A stretch of DNA of 64,000 bases from an uncultured Methanoregulaceae archaeon (GCA_963701095.1 OY969564.1:2112001-2176000), one strand, 5' to 3'; shown: positions 1 through 10,089, counted from the stretch's first letter. Translations and numbers: made by a program. Notes: generated from the sequence alone by a model not told the origin.

Positions 1-20
1 AAGTCTGTGGGTGGCGACAT
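1..20 (-). CDS. possible 5' end of a gene running off the left edge (MSPPTD...)
   Basis: Minus-strand ATG at 20 preceded by a GAGGGA SD-like motif; only 6 codons are visible. Confidence 0.25.
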
Positions 21-155
21 ATTTCCCTCGACGAAGGTTTAATCCAACCACCCGAAGACTTGACAGATCCCGCAATATTCATTATCACTCTGAACCAGTA
101 TTCAACATGTCATTTTGGAATTACCTGAACAATTCGTTAAAAGTAGGGAGAAAGA

Positions 156-491
156 ATGTCCTCATCATCTAAAAGCATGGACATTCCCGAGTATCTCCCT
201 GATATTCTGCTCACGGCAGTTATGGTCATCTCGACCATTTTTCTCATACTGAGATTTTGGCAGGATATTACGATAGCCATTGCCGCCGCTCTTATGATGC
301 TTGCATTAGGCGGTCTTTTCCTATCGCTCCAAATCAAGGTACGTAACCTCGAAAAGAATGTAATCACCCGAGAGCGGATGCTGCGTTCAAACCTTGAAGA
401 GATTTCCGGCCGTATGAACCAGAAGTACGACCAGACCGCTGCTCATCTGGATGAACTTGTAAGTGAAATCTCGAAACGTGCATACAAATAA
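156..491 (+). CDS. hypothetical membrane protein (2 TM helices + coiled-coil tail)
   Basis: 111-aa ORF with two hydrophobic segments, co-oriented with fen. Confidence 0.7.
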   Translation: MSSSSKSMDIPEYLPDILLTAVMVISTIFLILRFWQDITIAIAAALMMLALGGLFLSLQIKVRNLEKNVITRERMLRSNLEEISGRMNQKYDQTAAHLDELVSEISKRAYK

Positions 492-530
492 GATCCCGGT
501 ACAAACTGGTTTTATGGGGGAGAACAGGCT

Positions 531-1579
531 ATGGGTGTCGCACTTCGGGATATCATCACTGAATACAAGACTCCGGTAACATGGGACAGCCTTTCCGGAG
601 TTGCTGCAATAGATGCCAACAATGCGCTCTACCAGTTTTTGACCATCATACGGCAGCCTGACGGGACGCCGTTGATGGATCATAAGGGCAGAGTAACATC
701 TCACCTTTCGGGGATCCTGTTCCGGATGGTTAATTTCCTTGAGAAAGGAATAAAGCCGGTCTTTGTTTTTGATGGAAAATCCTCTGATCTCAAGAATGGG
801 ACGATTGCTGTACGCCGCAAGATCCGCGACGACGCCGGCGAGAAATGGAAAGAGGCGCTTGAAAAAGGCGATGAAGAGGAAGCGTACCGGCAGGCCAGGT
901 CATCGACCGGGTGGACGACACTATCATTAAGACGTCAAAAGAACTGCTCGATCTCATGGGGATCCCCCATGTTCAGGCTAGGGGAGAAGGCGAATCGCAG
1001 GCTGCCTTCATGGTTCAGCGGGGTGATGCACGATACGCTGTTTCACAGGATTACGACACGCTCCTTTTCGGAGCGCCATTGCTGGTGAGGAATCTTACGG
1101 TTAGCGGGAAACGCAAAATCCGGGGCCGAATCATTTCTGTCAATCCCGAACGGATCGTGCTTGACGAGGTACTTTCAGGAATGAAACTGACCCGTGAGGA
1201 ATTGATTCAGGTAGGAATTCTTGTCGGCACTGACTTTAATGCGGGTATCGAGGGTGTTGGCGCTAAAACCGGTCTGAAGATAGTGAAGAAGGGAGAATTT
1301 GCACAAAAAATTGCAGAGAAATGCCCGGACTTTGATCCGGAACCTATATTAGAGCTTTTTCTACACCCTCCAATTGCAACAGATTACGCGCTCGCGTGGG
1401 GACACCCGGACGCTGAAAGGATAAAAAAGATGCTTTGCGAAGAATACGATTTTGCCGAAGAGAGGGTTGAATCTGCTCTCGAACGATATACTGTAAAATC
1501 AGGCCAGAAAACCCTTGAAAGCTTTTCTGAGGATTCCCGTTCTTCTGAAGACATTTTAGAACCCCGGCTCCCTTCGTAA
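531..1579 (+). CDS. fen: flap endonuclease FEN-1 (split by a frameshift at ~908; true stop probably 1530)
   Basis: MGV start, [22 protein letters not shown] in ORF 531; EGESQAA, SQDYD, GTDFN, GVGAKT and PIP box QKTLES in ORF 911. Confidence 0.95.
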
Positions 1580-1604
1580 AATATGTTTTGTTGATGAATC
1601 TTGG

Positions 1605-2069
1605 TTAGACCGGGGTCGCTTCAATAATTAAACTGAATGTTTCGGAAGTCGGTGACTGACCTTCCCATGGGCGTATATACACTGCATTGAATGTGTAGGT
1701 TCCGGCTGATTCCGGCACAAGAGTCCATTCATGATAACCCCCCGCCCCGATAATTGTGGAGTTAGGGGGGTAGAAGGAGTCGGACACGATAGAAAGACCT
1801 TTTGAAACGGTTGCATTCCAGGAGAACCCGGTAGTCGGATTTTCATTTAATCTGACGATGACCCTGCCGCTGGGCGGGACGGTTAATGTCGTCCCGTTCG
1901 ATGTACTGTTCGCAAAGAGAGTCTGTACCCTAGTAACCGTAGATGCAGGTATTGTTGGTTCGGCCTTTGAAGATGATGTATTTTCGGTACATCCAGCCAG
2001 AACTATTGCCGCAAGAATAAGCACACAGCAAATCGTTCCCGTAAAAAGGGTTTTTTTCATCGTTGTCAC
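1605..2069 (-). CDS. chagasin/I42-family protease inhibitor lipoprotein
   Basis: Lipobox LAGC; motifs ENPTTGFSW, GAGG, YIRPWE. Confidence 0.85.
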   Translation of the reverse strand: MTTMKKTLFTGTICCVLILAAIVLAGCTENTSSSKAEPTIPASTVTRVQTLFANSTSNGTTLTVPPSGRVIVRLNENPTTGFSWNATVSKGLSIVSDSFYPPNSTIIGAGGYHEWTLVPESAGTYTFNAVYIRPWEGQSPTSETFSLIIEATPV

Positions 2070-2203
2070 CTTTTAATAAGGACATTTTAACAGGTTTTTT
2101 AATAAATCTGACGATAACTGTGAATTTTTTTGTAGTTAACCGGACGATAAGCTTCTGACCGATCTGCCTTTTAGCCTTTAGGAATTAATATATCCGGTAT
2201 CAT

Positions 2204-3142
2204 ATGGAATCTTTCGTTGGGAAAAGCGGAGGGAATACAGGAGCGGCTGTATCAAAAGAGAAAACGGTTATCCTTAGCCTCTTTTGTGATATCGCTCTTT
2301 GGTTGCCGGAGATAATTGCTGTATACCTCTCAGGATCTGTCACTCTTTTCGCCGATGTTATGAAATGCGGCAACGAAATCCTCGCCACCATTTTTGCGCT
2401 TATTATCCTTTTGAGGATGAAAAAAGGTGCTTTGTTTACTTATGATTACGGCATGGGAAAATTCGAGACGTTCACCCGGAGTGCCACCGGAGTTGTCATG
2501 TTGGTCTCAATCATCATTATTTTTTTTACTGCGTTTAATCGTATCTTCGTTCCTGAAAAACTCCAGTTTGCTGGTGCGGCTATTGCCGTCCCACTCATGA
2601 TCATTTCTGCTGTCATTGATACGTACCTCTGGAAAAAAAACTACCGGATCTCTCTGGTTGACCCATCACCTATCATGGAAGCCCAGTGGCGGCTGCGACG
2701 TGCAAAGTCCTTTGCCGACATTGCGGTTCTCCTGTCTCTTGTTCTCTCTTTTGCCTTTATTGCTTATACATGGGCAGTCTACATCGACCCGGTTGTGTCC
2801 TTTATTATTATCGGTTTCCTCCTCATAGCAGGTTTCCGCGAGATCTCATCCTCACTTCCGGATCTGTTTGACAAAACCCTTGAAGAAGAATTGCAGATCG
2901 TAATCCTGAAAGAACTATCGGCGTTTTTTAAAGAATATACTGGGTTCTATGGTGTCCGGTCACGACGTTCTGGAAGTAAAATTTATATTGATATTTTTCT
3001 TGGCTTTGATCCCGGTCTAAAGATGGGTGAGGTTATGGATACGAGTGAGCGCCTCAAAACCTCCCTGGAAGAAAAGATTCCCGGCAGCAAAGTTTCTGTT
3101 GTTCCCACGAGCGAACGATCTGCTCAAGCGGGTAAACAATGA
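2204..3142 (+). CDS. cation diffusion facilitator (CDF) family transporter with an atypical metal site
   Basis: 6 TM helices, SGSVTLFAD, YGMGKFE, YIDPV, C-terminal dimerisation domain (RSRRSG..IYIDI). Confidence 0.85.
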   Translation: MESFVGKSGGNTGAAVSKEKTVILSLFCDIALWLPEIIAVYLSGSVTLFADVMKCGNEILATIFALIILLRMKKGALFTYDYGMGKFETFTRSATGVVMLVSIIIIFFTAFNRIFVPEKLQFAGAAIAVPLMIISAVIDTYLWKKNYRISLVDPSPIMEAQWRLRRAKSFADIAVLLSLVLSFAFIAYTWAVYIDPVVSFIIIGFLLIAGFREISSSLPDLFDKTLEEELQIVILKELSAFFKEYTGFYGVRSRRSGSKIYIDIFLGFDPGLKMGEVMDTSERLKTSLEEKIPGSKVSVVPTSERSAQAGKQ

Positions 3143-3239
3143 TCTTCGACTTTTTTTATGGAGTAATATGTGATTTTCCCGAAGAGAAATTGTTTAATAA
3201 AGTATACGACAACCCGATTATAACCGGTAGGTTTTTCCT

Positions 3240-5630
3240 TTGATCAATGTTCTGGTTATTGATGATGAACCCGACCTGCTTGAAATCACTCGGTTGTTTC
3301 TGGAACAAACCGGGGAATTCACCGTCAGATTGGCACATTCCGCAAACGAGGCTCTGGGCCTTCTTCAGGCTCACGCCTTTGATGCTATCGTCTCTGATTA
3401 TGCGATGCCTGGTATGGACGGGATCACTTTTTTACAGACTGTAAGGAAGAAGGGAAATACTGTACCGTTCATCATCTTCACCGGAAAAGGTCGTGAAGAA
3501 GTCGTTATTGAAGCAATTAACCATGGTGCTGACTCCTATCTCCAGAAAGGTGGTAGTACCCGTGCACAGTTTGCAGAACTCGCCGAGAAAATCCGCCAGA
3601 TTGTCCGGCGGTCCCGGGCCGAACACGCACACCAGGAATCCGAAAAACGATACCGTGCGATCTTCCAGAATGCATCAGATATTATCCGTATCCTTGATTC
3701 CTTCGGCAGAATTGCTTTTGACTCTCCCTCATCGTCTAAAATTCTGGGGTATCCTTTGGGATCACTAAATGGAAAGGATCCACTGAACTATATTCACCCC
3801 GATGACAGGGAGCGTATCAGGTCAGATCTGAACGCAGTTTATAAGGGAACAAACACGGGGGCTCCCTCTGAATTTCGTATACTCAAGGCAGATGGGACGT
3901 ACCTGTGGGTTGAATCCGTTGCAAACAATCTTACCGGAGTCGAGGGCGTTAATGGAGTGGTTACCACCACCCGTCCTATCACAGAACGCAAGGAAGCTGA
4001 GGAGCGGTTAAAAAAGAAACATGACGAACTTTCTGCCGCGTTCGAAGAACTGACTGCAACTGAGGAAGAGCTGCGCCAGAACTACAACGAGCTCGCCATC
4101 AGTGAACAGCGACGGGCAGAAACCGAACGCATGGTCCGGGATTCAGAAGAGTTCCTGAAGAGAGTGATCACTGATGTCCGTGAAGGTATCATTGCATTTG
4201 ATAGCGATCTGAAGATCACCCTTTGGAATCCTTTCATGGTGGAAATAACCGGGTCTGCCCCCGTGGACGTTCTCGGAAAAAAACTGGGCGAGTGTATCCC
4301 CCTTTCGAAGGACACTGAGATTCCTCACATGCTCGAACGTGCACTTTCAGGAGAGACTGTGGAGACCGCCGATATCCCGGTTAACCTTGGGACAAAAAAG
4401 AAGAGTTCAATTTGGGTGCGGTGCATTGCATCCCCCCTTACGAATCATGAAGGAAATATCATCGGGGTAATAACGGTTTTCCAGGATATATCCGGGCGGA
4501 AAAACGCGGAGCTTGAGCTGATTGCGACGACCCGGGAACTCCATGAAAGTGAAGAAAAGTACCGGAGTGTCTTTGAAGCAAAAAACGATCCCCTTATCCT
4601 TGCCGATGTAGAAACACGAGCCATTCTCGATTTAAACCAGGCAGCTTCTGATCTCTATGGGTATTCCCGAGAGGAGATGCTACAGATGGCACTTTTGGAT
4701 CTATCTGCCGAACCAGAAAAAACAAAGGAGGTACTAGACCAAAAAGCCGCCCGGGTTGCACTTCGATACCACCGGAAAAAAGATGGAATGGTCTTTCCAG
4801 CAGATATTGCGCTTGCCTATTTCAACCTGAAGGGTCGTTCGGTTCTCATTCTGTCCATTCGGGATCTTACCGGTGTCCAGCAGATTGGCGATGCTCTAAG
4901 GATTGCAAATGTTAAACTCAACTTATTGATCGGCGTAACCCGTCATGATGTTCTCAATTCTCTGGCAGTTATTCTGGGGTATCACGAAATCATCAAGGAT
5001 CGGGAAGTTGATGCTGCAACCCGTGATCTTATGGAAAAGCAGGAAAAAGCCCTGGTCGCAATTCGGAACCAGATCGAATTTACCCGGGCTTATGATGATC
5101 TTGGAATCAAGTCTCCGCTCTGGCAACATATCGGTACTACTTCATCACGAGCCTATGCCCAATTCATCAATACCATATCCTTTGTATGCGAGACCGGCGA
5201 TCTTGAGATCTATGCAGATCCCATGCTTGAGAAAGTATTCTATAACCTTTTTGATAACGCGTTCCGTTACGGAGAAGGCGTCACGAAGATTCGGCTTTAT
5301 GGGGCGATGGAAGGAACGGAGCTGTTGCTCTATTTTGAGGACAACGGAATTGGTATAATGGACAAAGATAAATCCCGTATATTCTCCCGGGGTATTGGCA
5401 AAAACACCGGTCTTGGTCTATTCCTGACCCGTGAGATCCTCGCAATCACCAGGTTAGGGATAACGGAAAATGGTGAGTACCCGAAAAGGGGCCCGGTTTG
5501 TTATCCGGGTGCCCCGGGGAGCGTACCGGCTGATGAAATGATCCTTGCGAAAAGGAGGTTAGGATTCTTCCGGAATCTAAAAAAAGATCCCGCCTACAAT
5601 CTGCCAGAACCAATTCGGGGTAGACCGTAA
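3240..5630 (+). CDS. hybrid sensor: N-terminal receiver, 3 PAS domains, histidine kinase (extra A at ~5485; true stop probably 5541)
   Basis: VLVIDDE/SDYAMP receiver; PAS/PAC repeats; H-box TRHDVLN, N-box NLFDNA, DNGIGI, GLGL. Confidence 0.92.
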   Translation: MINVLVIDDEPDLLEITRLFLEQTGEFTVRLAHSANEALGLLQAHAFDAIVSDYAMPGMDGITFLQTVRKKGNTVPFIIFTGKGREEVVIEAINHGADSYLQKGGSTRAQFAELAEKIRQIVRRSRAEHAHQESEKRYRAIFQNASDIIRILDSFGRIAFDSPSSSKILGYPLGSLNGKDPLNYIHPDDRERIRSDLNAVYKGTNTGAPSEFRILKADGTYLWVESVANNLTGVEGVNGVVTTTRPITERKEAEERLKKKHDELSAAFEELTATEEELRQNYNELAISEQRRAETERMVRDSEEFLKRVITDVREGIIAFDSDLKITLWNPFMVEITGSAPVDVLGKKLGECIPLSKDTEIPHMLERALSGETVETADIPVNLGTKKKSSIWVRCIASPLTNHEGNIIGVITVFQDISGRKNAELELIATTRELHESEEKYRSVFEAKNDPLILADVETRAILDLNQAASDLYGYSREEMLQMALLDLSAEPEKTKEVLDQKAARVALRYHRKKDGMVFPADIALAYFNLKGRSVLILSIRDLTGVQQIGDALRIANVKLNLLIGVTRHDVLNSLAVILGYHEIIKDREVDAATRDLMEKQEKALVAIRNQIEFTRAYDDLGIKSPLWQHIGTTSSRAYAQFINTISFVCETGDLEIYADPMLEKVFYNLFDNAFRYGEGVTKIRLYGAMEGTELLLYFEDNGIGIMDKDKSRIFSRGIGKNTGLGLFLTREILAITRLGITENGEYPKRGPVCYPGAPGSVPADEMILAKRRLGFFRNLKKDPAYNLPEPIRGRP

Positions 5631-5715
5631 CGACATAGCCACCCTGACAATTTTACCGGCGTCCCCTTCCATGATGCCACTCATATGTACTTTCCCTATA
5701 TCGGGTAGAAATTTC

Positions 5716-6624
5716 TCAAAGCACGAGCATGCGTTCAATGGAACTCCGGGCACGGGCTGCAATCTCTTCTGGAACGGTGATCACCGGATGAAACGTTACC
5801 AATGCGTCCCGGACATGCACAAGAGTTGTTTTTTTCATATTCACACAGACAGCTTTTTCCGAAAGCGGGAAATATCGTTTGCCCGGGCACTCCTTTGCTA
5901 AACGGTGCATGATGCCGATTTCCGTACCTATGATAAACTCGTTTCCCGGTCCAGATTTAACATACCGGACAATTCCTGAGGTACTTGCGACATGATCCGC
6001 GAGATCGATGACATCAGGCCGGCACTCCGGATGAACAAGTACGGCTGCGTCTGGATGAGCCTGTTTTGCGATTGCGACATCAGAAACACTAAAACGGTCG
6101 TGGACAAGACAGAACCCTTCCCAGGGAAGAATGGTCTTTTTGGTAAACCGTGTCGCATACTGCCCGAGGTTTCTATCCGGGACAAAGATCACCGCATTCT
6201 CTCTGACCGCGTTTATGACGCTGACTGCATTTGCCGAAGTACAACAAATATCGCTTTCTGCTTTGACGTCAGCGGTTGTATTAACGTAACACACTACCGC
6301 TGCATCAGGATGCCGGGTACGGGCGAACCTGAGTTCTGCGGCAGAAATCATACCGGCCATGGGACAGCAGGCGTCCTGAGCAGGTAACAGGACTGTTTTT
6401 TCCGGGGAAAGAATGGCTGCAGTTTCTGCCATGAAATCAACCCCGCAGAAAACAATAACCTCCCCGTCCATAGCCGCCGCTGCGCGCGCGAGTTCCAGGG
6501 AATCTCCCGTGATGTCAGCTATGTCCTGGATTTCAGGGCGCTGGTAGTTGTGCGCAAGAATAATCGCGTTTTTTCTGTCCTTAAGCCGCAGGATCTCATC
6601 CTGCAGCATGGCTGTATCCTGCAT
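5716..6624 (-). CDS. nadA: quinolinate synthase A ([4Fe-4S])
   Basis: ILAHNYQ, GDSLEL, FCGVDFMAE, CPMA, CYVNT, HPEC, CVNMK. Confidence 0.97.
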   Translation of the reverse strand: MQDTAMLQDEILRLKDRKNAIILAHNYQRPEIQDIADITGDSLELARAAAAMDGEVIVFCGVDFMAETAAILSPEKTVLLPAQDACCPMAGMISAAELRFARTRHPDAAVVCYVNTTADVKAESDICCTSANAVSVINAVRENAVIFVPDRNLGQYATRFTKKTILPWEGFCLVHDRFSVSDVAIAKQAHPDAAVLVHPECRPDVIDLADHVASTSGIVRYVKSGPGNEFIIGTEIGIMHRLAKECPGKRYFPLSEKAVCVNMKKTTLVHVRDALVTFHPVITVPEEIAARARSSIERMLVL

Positions 6625-6745
6625 CTTACAAACTCACGTATGGTTGTATCGTAGTAGTGTGTCGTGGTGAATAAAAAGTCACGTGGATAAAAGGGTAGAA
6701 CAGGGATGTTTATGCACCGGGGATTCCAATCTTCTTTCGACGAAT

Positions 6746-6940
6746 ATGAAGGTTATTCTGCCGGATCAGGCCCCAAAGGATATCATATTTGGCCCCGGCA
6801 CGGTAGGTTTATTCCTGAACGAGCTCGGTGTAAATCCCCTGGAAGTGATAGTTTCCCGGAACGGGACACTGGTTCCAGAGCAGGCTGTAATCGGCGGAGA
6901 AGACGAAATTCGGGTAATCCGTATAGCACATGGAGGTTAA
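6746..6940 (+). CDS. ubiquitin-like sulfur carrier (ThiS/TtuB/SAMP2-like)
   Basis: 64 aa from ATG 6746, beta-grasp pattern, C-terminal GG, overlaps the thiolase start. Confidence 0.85.
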   Translation: MKVILPDQAPKDIIFGPGTVGLFLNELGVNPLEVIVSRNGTLVPEQAVIGGEDEIRVIRIAHGG

Positions 6941-7880
6941 ACTGGTGAAACCACCTGCCGTGTCCAAGGGTGTCCCTGTTTGCTCCTGCTGCGGTGAGCC
7001 GGCGGTAATCTATCAACCGGCCAGCAAACGTCACCTCTGCGGACGACATCTTATGAGCGATGTGGAATTGCGGGTAGCATCGACAATAAAAAATGAATCT
7101 CAAATACACGCGGGTGATCGTGTAGCGGTGGCCCTAAGCGGCGGAAAGGACGGTCCTGCGCTCCTTGTTATCTTTTCCCGGCTTTTACCTTCGTTTCAGG
7201 GTTCAGAACTTGTCGCTATCACCGTAGATGAAGGTATCGCCGGGTACCGCGCAGACACGCTGCGGGCAGCAGAGGCCCTTACTAAAAAGCTTGGGGTAAA
7301 TCATCACATCGTTTCATTCCGTGACCTGATCAGTAACGATCTCGATGCCCTTCTAAAAGGACGTGAGAAAGAAGCGTGCACGGTTTGTGGTATACTGCGT
7401 AAAAAAGCACTCGCCGATGCCGCACGGGATGCCGGAGTTACCGTAATTGCAACCGGCCACAACCTCGATGATGAAGCGCAGTCTGTGCTGATGAATACCC
7501 TGCGGGGGGATCTCCCACGACTGATCCGGGATACAGGACCCGGCTCATCGTCCCTATTTCTTCCAAGAATCAAACCCCTTGCGGCCATCACAGAAAAAGA
7601 GATCGCGGCTTATTTGTTTGTGCAGGGTCTCTTCTCCGTATTGCCTGAATGCCCCTATACAAAGTACGCGTTGCGGGCTGAAGTGCGAACGATGCTTTCC
7701 CGGCTTGAACGGCTGCATCCTGGAACGATGCTCCATCTCGTGTACAGTAAAAAGCAGATCGAAAAGTATTGCGAGGGAATGGTGGTCATGGAACCCCTGC
7801 GCCGGTGCCTGGAGTGCGGAGATCCCTGTTCAGGCGAAATCTGCCAGGTGTGCAGGCTCAAACACTCACTGGGGAAGTGA
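6930..7880 (+). CDS. ncsA: tRNA 2-thiolation enzyme, TtuA/NcsA/Ncs6 family
   Basis: N- and C-terminal Zn fingers, PP-loop SGGKD, CTVCG, TGHNLDD, ECPY. Confidence 0.9.
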   Translation: MEVKLVKPPAVSKGVPVCSCCGEPAVIYQPASKRHLCGRHLMSDVELRVASTIKNESQIHAGDRVAVALSGGKDGPALLVIFSRLLPSFQGSELVAITVDEGIAGYRADTLRAAEALTKKLGVNHHIVSFRDLISNDLDALLKGREKEACTVCGILRKKALADAARDAGVTVIATGHNLDDEAQSVLMNTLRGDLPRLIRDTGPGSSSLFLPRIKPLAAITEKEIAAYLFVQGLFSVLPECPYTKYALRAEVRTMLSRLERLHPGTMLHLVYSKKQIEKYCEGMVVMEPLRRCLECGDPCSGEICQVCRLKHSLGK

Positions 7881-8645
7881 AGGGGCTCCCTGGATCCGTT
7901 CTGGGTGGGAGTAGATATTCATTTTTGTGCTGCGGATAAATCCGACAATACATACGCCCGTCTGGGCAGCTATGGTAACAGCAAGCGTGGTCGTTGCCCC
8001 ACGTGATACTATCACCGGGATATCTGCGACAAGGCATTTGCGCACCATCTCAGACGATACCCGGCCGGAACAGATAACAAACGTTTTTGAAAGATCGATT
8101 TTGTTTCGGAGACCGTGGCCAATCACTCGATCGAGCGCGTTGTGCCTCCCGATATCCTCGGATCGGGTTATAATCCCGTTTTTTGATGCGAGTCCGACCA
8201 CATGAATGCCCCCGGTGATCATATGAAGTTCGGATTCGAGCACTTCCTTTGTTATAGCCCTAATAAGATCCGGTGCAAAAGATAGATCCGAAGTTATTCT
8301 GGGCAGCTTTTCAGTGTCGATAAAAGATGCAGCACCTCCGCAACCAGAAAGAATCGTCTTTTTTGGACCGAGCACTTTGAAAAGGTTTTTTGTAATGACG
8401 CTGATCCTGTTTGTTTCTATCCTGATAGACTCTATCTCATCTGCTCCTTTAATGATCTGCTCGGTAAACAGGTAACCGGTAACAAAATCCTCAAGACCCG
8501 CTGGGCTCATCATCGCGGTCATAGCATGCCTGCCGTTTACGAACAAGGCCTCGGGAACCTCATCTATGACTTCGTGGGTCCCGGCTTCTGCGATATTCCC
8601 CTCCATTTTTATGCAGGGCATAAGCCTAAACATCGGAACAGTCAT
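7866..8645 (-). CDS. fdhD: formate dehydrogenase accessory sulfurtransferase
   Basis: SGCG, TGGIH, EDIGRHNALDR, SGRVSSEMV. Confidence 0.95.
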   Translation of the reverse strand: MTVPMFRLMPCIKMEGNIAEAGTHEVIDEVPEALFVNGRHAMTAMMSPAGLEDFVTGYLFTEQIIKGADEIESIRIETNRISVITKNLFKVLGPKKTILSGCGGAASFIDTEKLPRITSDLSFAPDLIRAITKEVLESELHMITGGIHVVGLASKNGIITRSEDIGRHNALDRVIGHGLRNKIDLSKTFVICSGRVSSEMVRKCLVADIPVIVSRGATTTLAVTIAAQTGVCIVGFIRSTKMNIYSHPERIQGAPSLPQ

Positions 8646-8660
8646 TTTTTCACCAGATTT

Positions 8661-9482
8661 CTAGTATTCAGATTTTTTTAAGACAGGGAGCACTTCGTCC
8701 ATGCTACCGCTCCGGTACCCCTCCAAATCGAGGGCAATATAGGAAAACCCGAACGAACGCAATGCATCTACGACCGCGGTATGCATATTCATTAATGCGT
8801 GCATCTCCTCTTTAGGAACTTCGATACGGGCTACTTTTCCGTGTAAACGTACCCTTACCTGCCGGAATCCTTTCCTGTGCAGGCAGGCCTCTGCCGCTTC
8901 AACCATTTGTAGTTTTTCACCGGTAATCGTGTCACCGTAAGGAATACGGGAAGAAAGGCACGCTGCTGAAGGTTTATTCCAGAATGTTAATCCTTCTGCC
9001 TTTGCAATTTCCCGTATATCATTTTTGGTGAATCCTTCATCGATGAAAGGATGGACAATCCCCGCTTCAGTACTTGCCGTGAGGCCGGGCCTGTGCTCTC
9101 CTGTATCCGAGATATTGATACCATCGGCTACGCAGGCAAACCCCAGATCATACGCCCGTTGTATGAGAACCTTTGCCGAATTTTTTTTGCACCAGAAACA
9201 ACGATCACTGGGATTTTTGGTGAACTGGTCATCATCCATCATATTAACCGGCAGGATCTCAAGGTCAAGATTATATCTCTCTGCTATTAGTCGCGCCTGA
9301 TCGACGGCTTCACGCGGGACTACCGGACTGTCGAGAAGAACACACCGGGACTTCTTACCGAGCGCTTTTTGCGCAAGAACAGCGAGAAGGCTACTATCTA
9401 CTCCCCCCGAGAAAGAAACGAGCATCGACCCTCTCTGCTCTATATTTTGTAGAAGTCGTTTGCAGCGAACCTGAATATCCAT
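8661..9482 (-). CDS. larE: ATP-dependent sulfur insertase LarE (PP-loop)
   Basis: SFSGGVDSS, NP.DRCFWCK, HRPG, WNKPSAACLSSRIPYG, GYRSGSM. Confidence 0.93.
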   Translation of the reverse strand: MDIQVRCKRLLQNIEQRGSMLVSFSGGVDSSLLAVLAQKALGKKSRCVLLDSPVVPREAVDQARLIAERYNLDLEILPVNMMDDDQFTKNPSDRCFWCKKNSAKVLIQRAYDLGFACVADGINISDTGEHRPGLTASTEAGIVHPFIDEGFTKNDIREIAKAEGLTFWNKPSAACLSSRIPYGDTITGEKLQMVEAAEACLHRKGFRQVRVRLHGKVARIEVPKEEMHALMNMHTAVVDALRSFGFSYIALDLEGYRSGSMDEVLPVLKKSEY

Positions 9483-9521
9483 ACTTGAAAATCCTTTAAT
9501 ACGGTGAGAAAAAACCCAATA

Positions 9522-9863
9522 TCAGCTACTTCCCCGGTGGGTTTCAGAACTTGTCCCGCACTGGTATTCATCTCCTTCCCGGAGCTGGCGGCAGATATCA
9601 CAGGTGCGTTGCACAAGATTTACCTCCCTGCCATCCATTAAATCCCGTGCAAGTTGTTCTATTGATTGTTTTACATCATTCTCAAATTCAATACGGTAAC
9701 CTCGTTTCCCGGAGAGGTACTGGGATACCGCGGAAGGTGCGATCGCAAGCATCCGTGCTGCTTCGACCTGAGAGACCCCGCATTTTACAAGCTCAACCGC
9801 GATGGCAGCACGAATCGCCGGCAACACATCCCATACGATCTTCTGGCAGGGGGCTTCCATCAT
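9522..9863 (-). CDS. archaeal Cys-containing HTH transcriptional regulator (COG2522-like)
   Basis: PC...LPAIRA, HTH SQVEAARMLAIAPSAVSQYLSGKRG, C-terminal CDIC..C. Confidence 0.85.
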   Translation of the reverse strand: MMEAPCQKIVWDVLPAIRAAIAVELVKCGVSQVEAARMLAIAPSAVSQYLSGKRGYRIEFENDVKQSIEQLARDLMDGREVNLVQRTCDICRQLREGDEYQCGTSSETHRGSS

Positions 9864-9906
9864 ATCACAACCTTTAAGTTATCATAATTGTTACATAAGT
9901 GATTGT

Positions 9907-9922
9907 ATTCACAATTGTGAAT
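9907..9922. promoter_or_regulatory. perfect 16-bp palindrome ATTCACAATTGTGAAT, candidate operator
   Basis: Exact dyad in the divergent regulator/iscS intergenic region. Confidence 0.6.
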
Positions 9923-10089
9923 TTGTTGTATGGCCATAAAAAACTTTGTTGAATTTGCGCCATTCACGCGGGATTCTGAAGGGAAATGGTAAGTGCAGGA
10001 AGGATTAAACGAAACTGCCCGCGTGGTTAGGAACCAAAGAATAATCAGACGATTAGTGCAAATATTCACTCATATTAAGGAAAGAGAGC

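Noticed and set aside
9973..10017. Hammerhead-like CTGA...CGAAAC in the iscS leader
   Set aside because: The core reads CTGAAGG rather than CTGANGA, and stems II and III cannot be formed.
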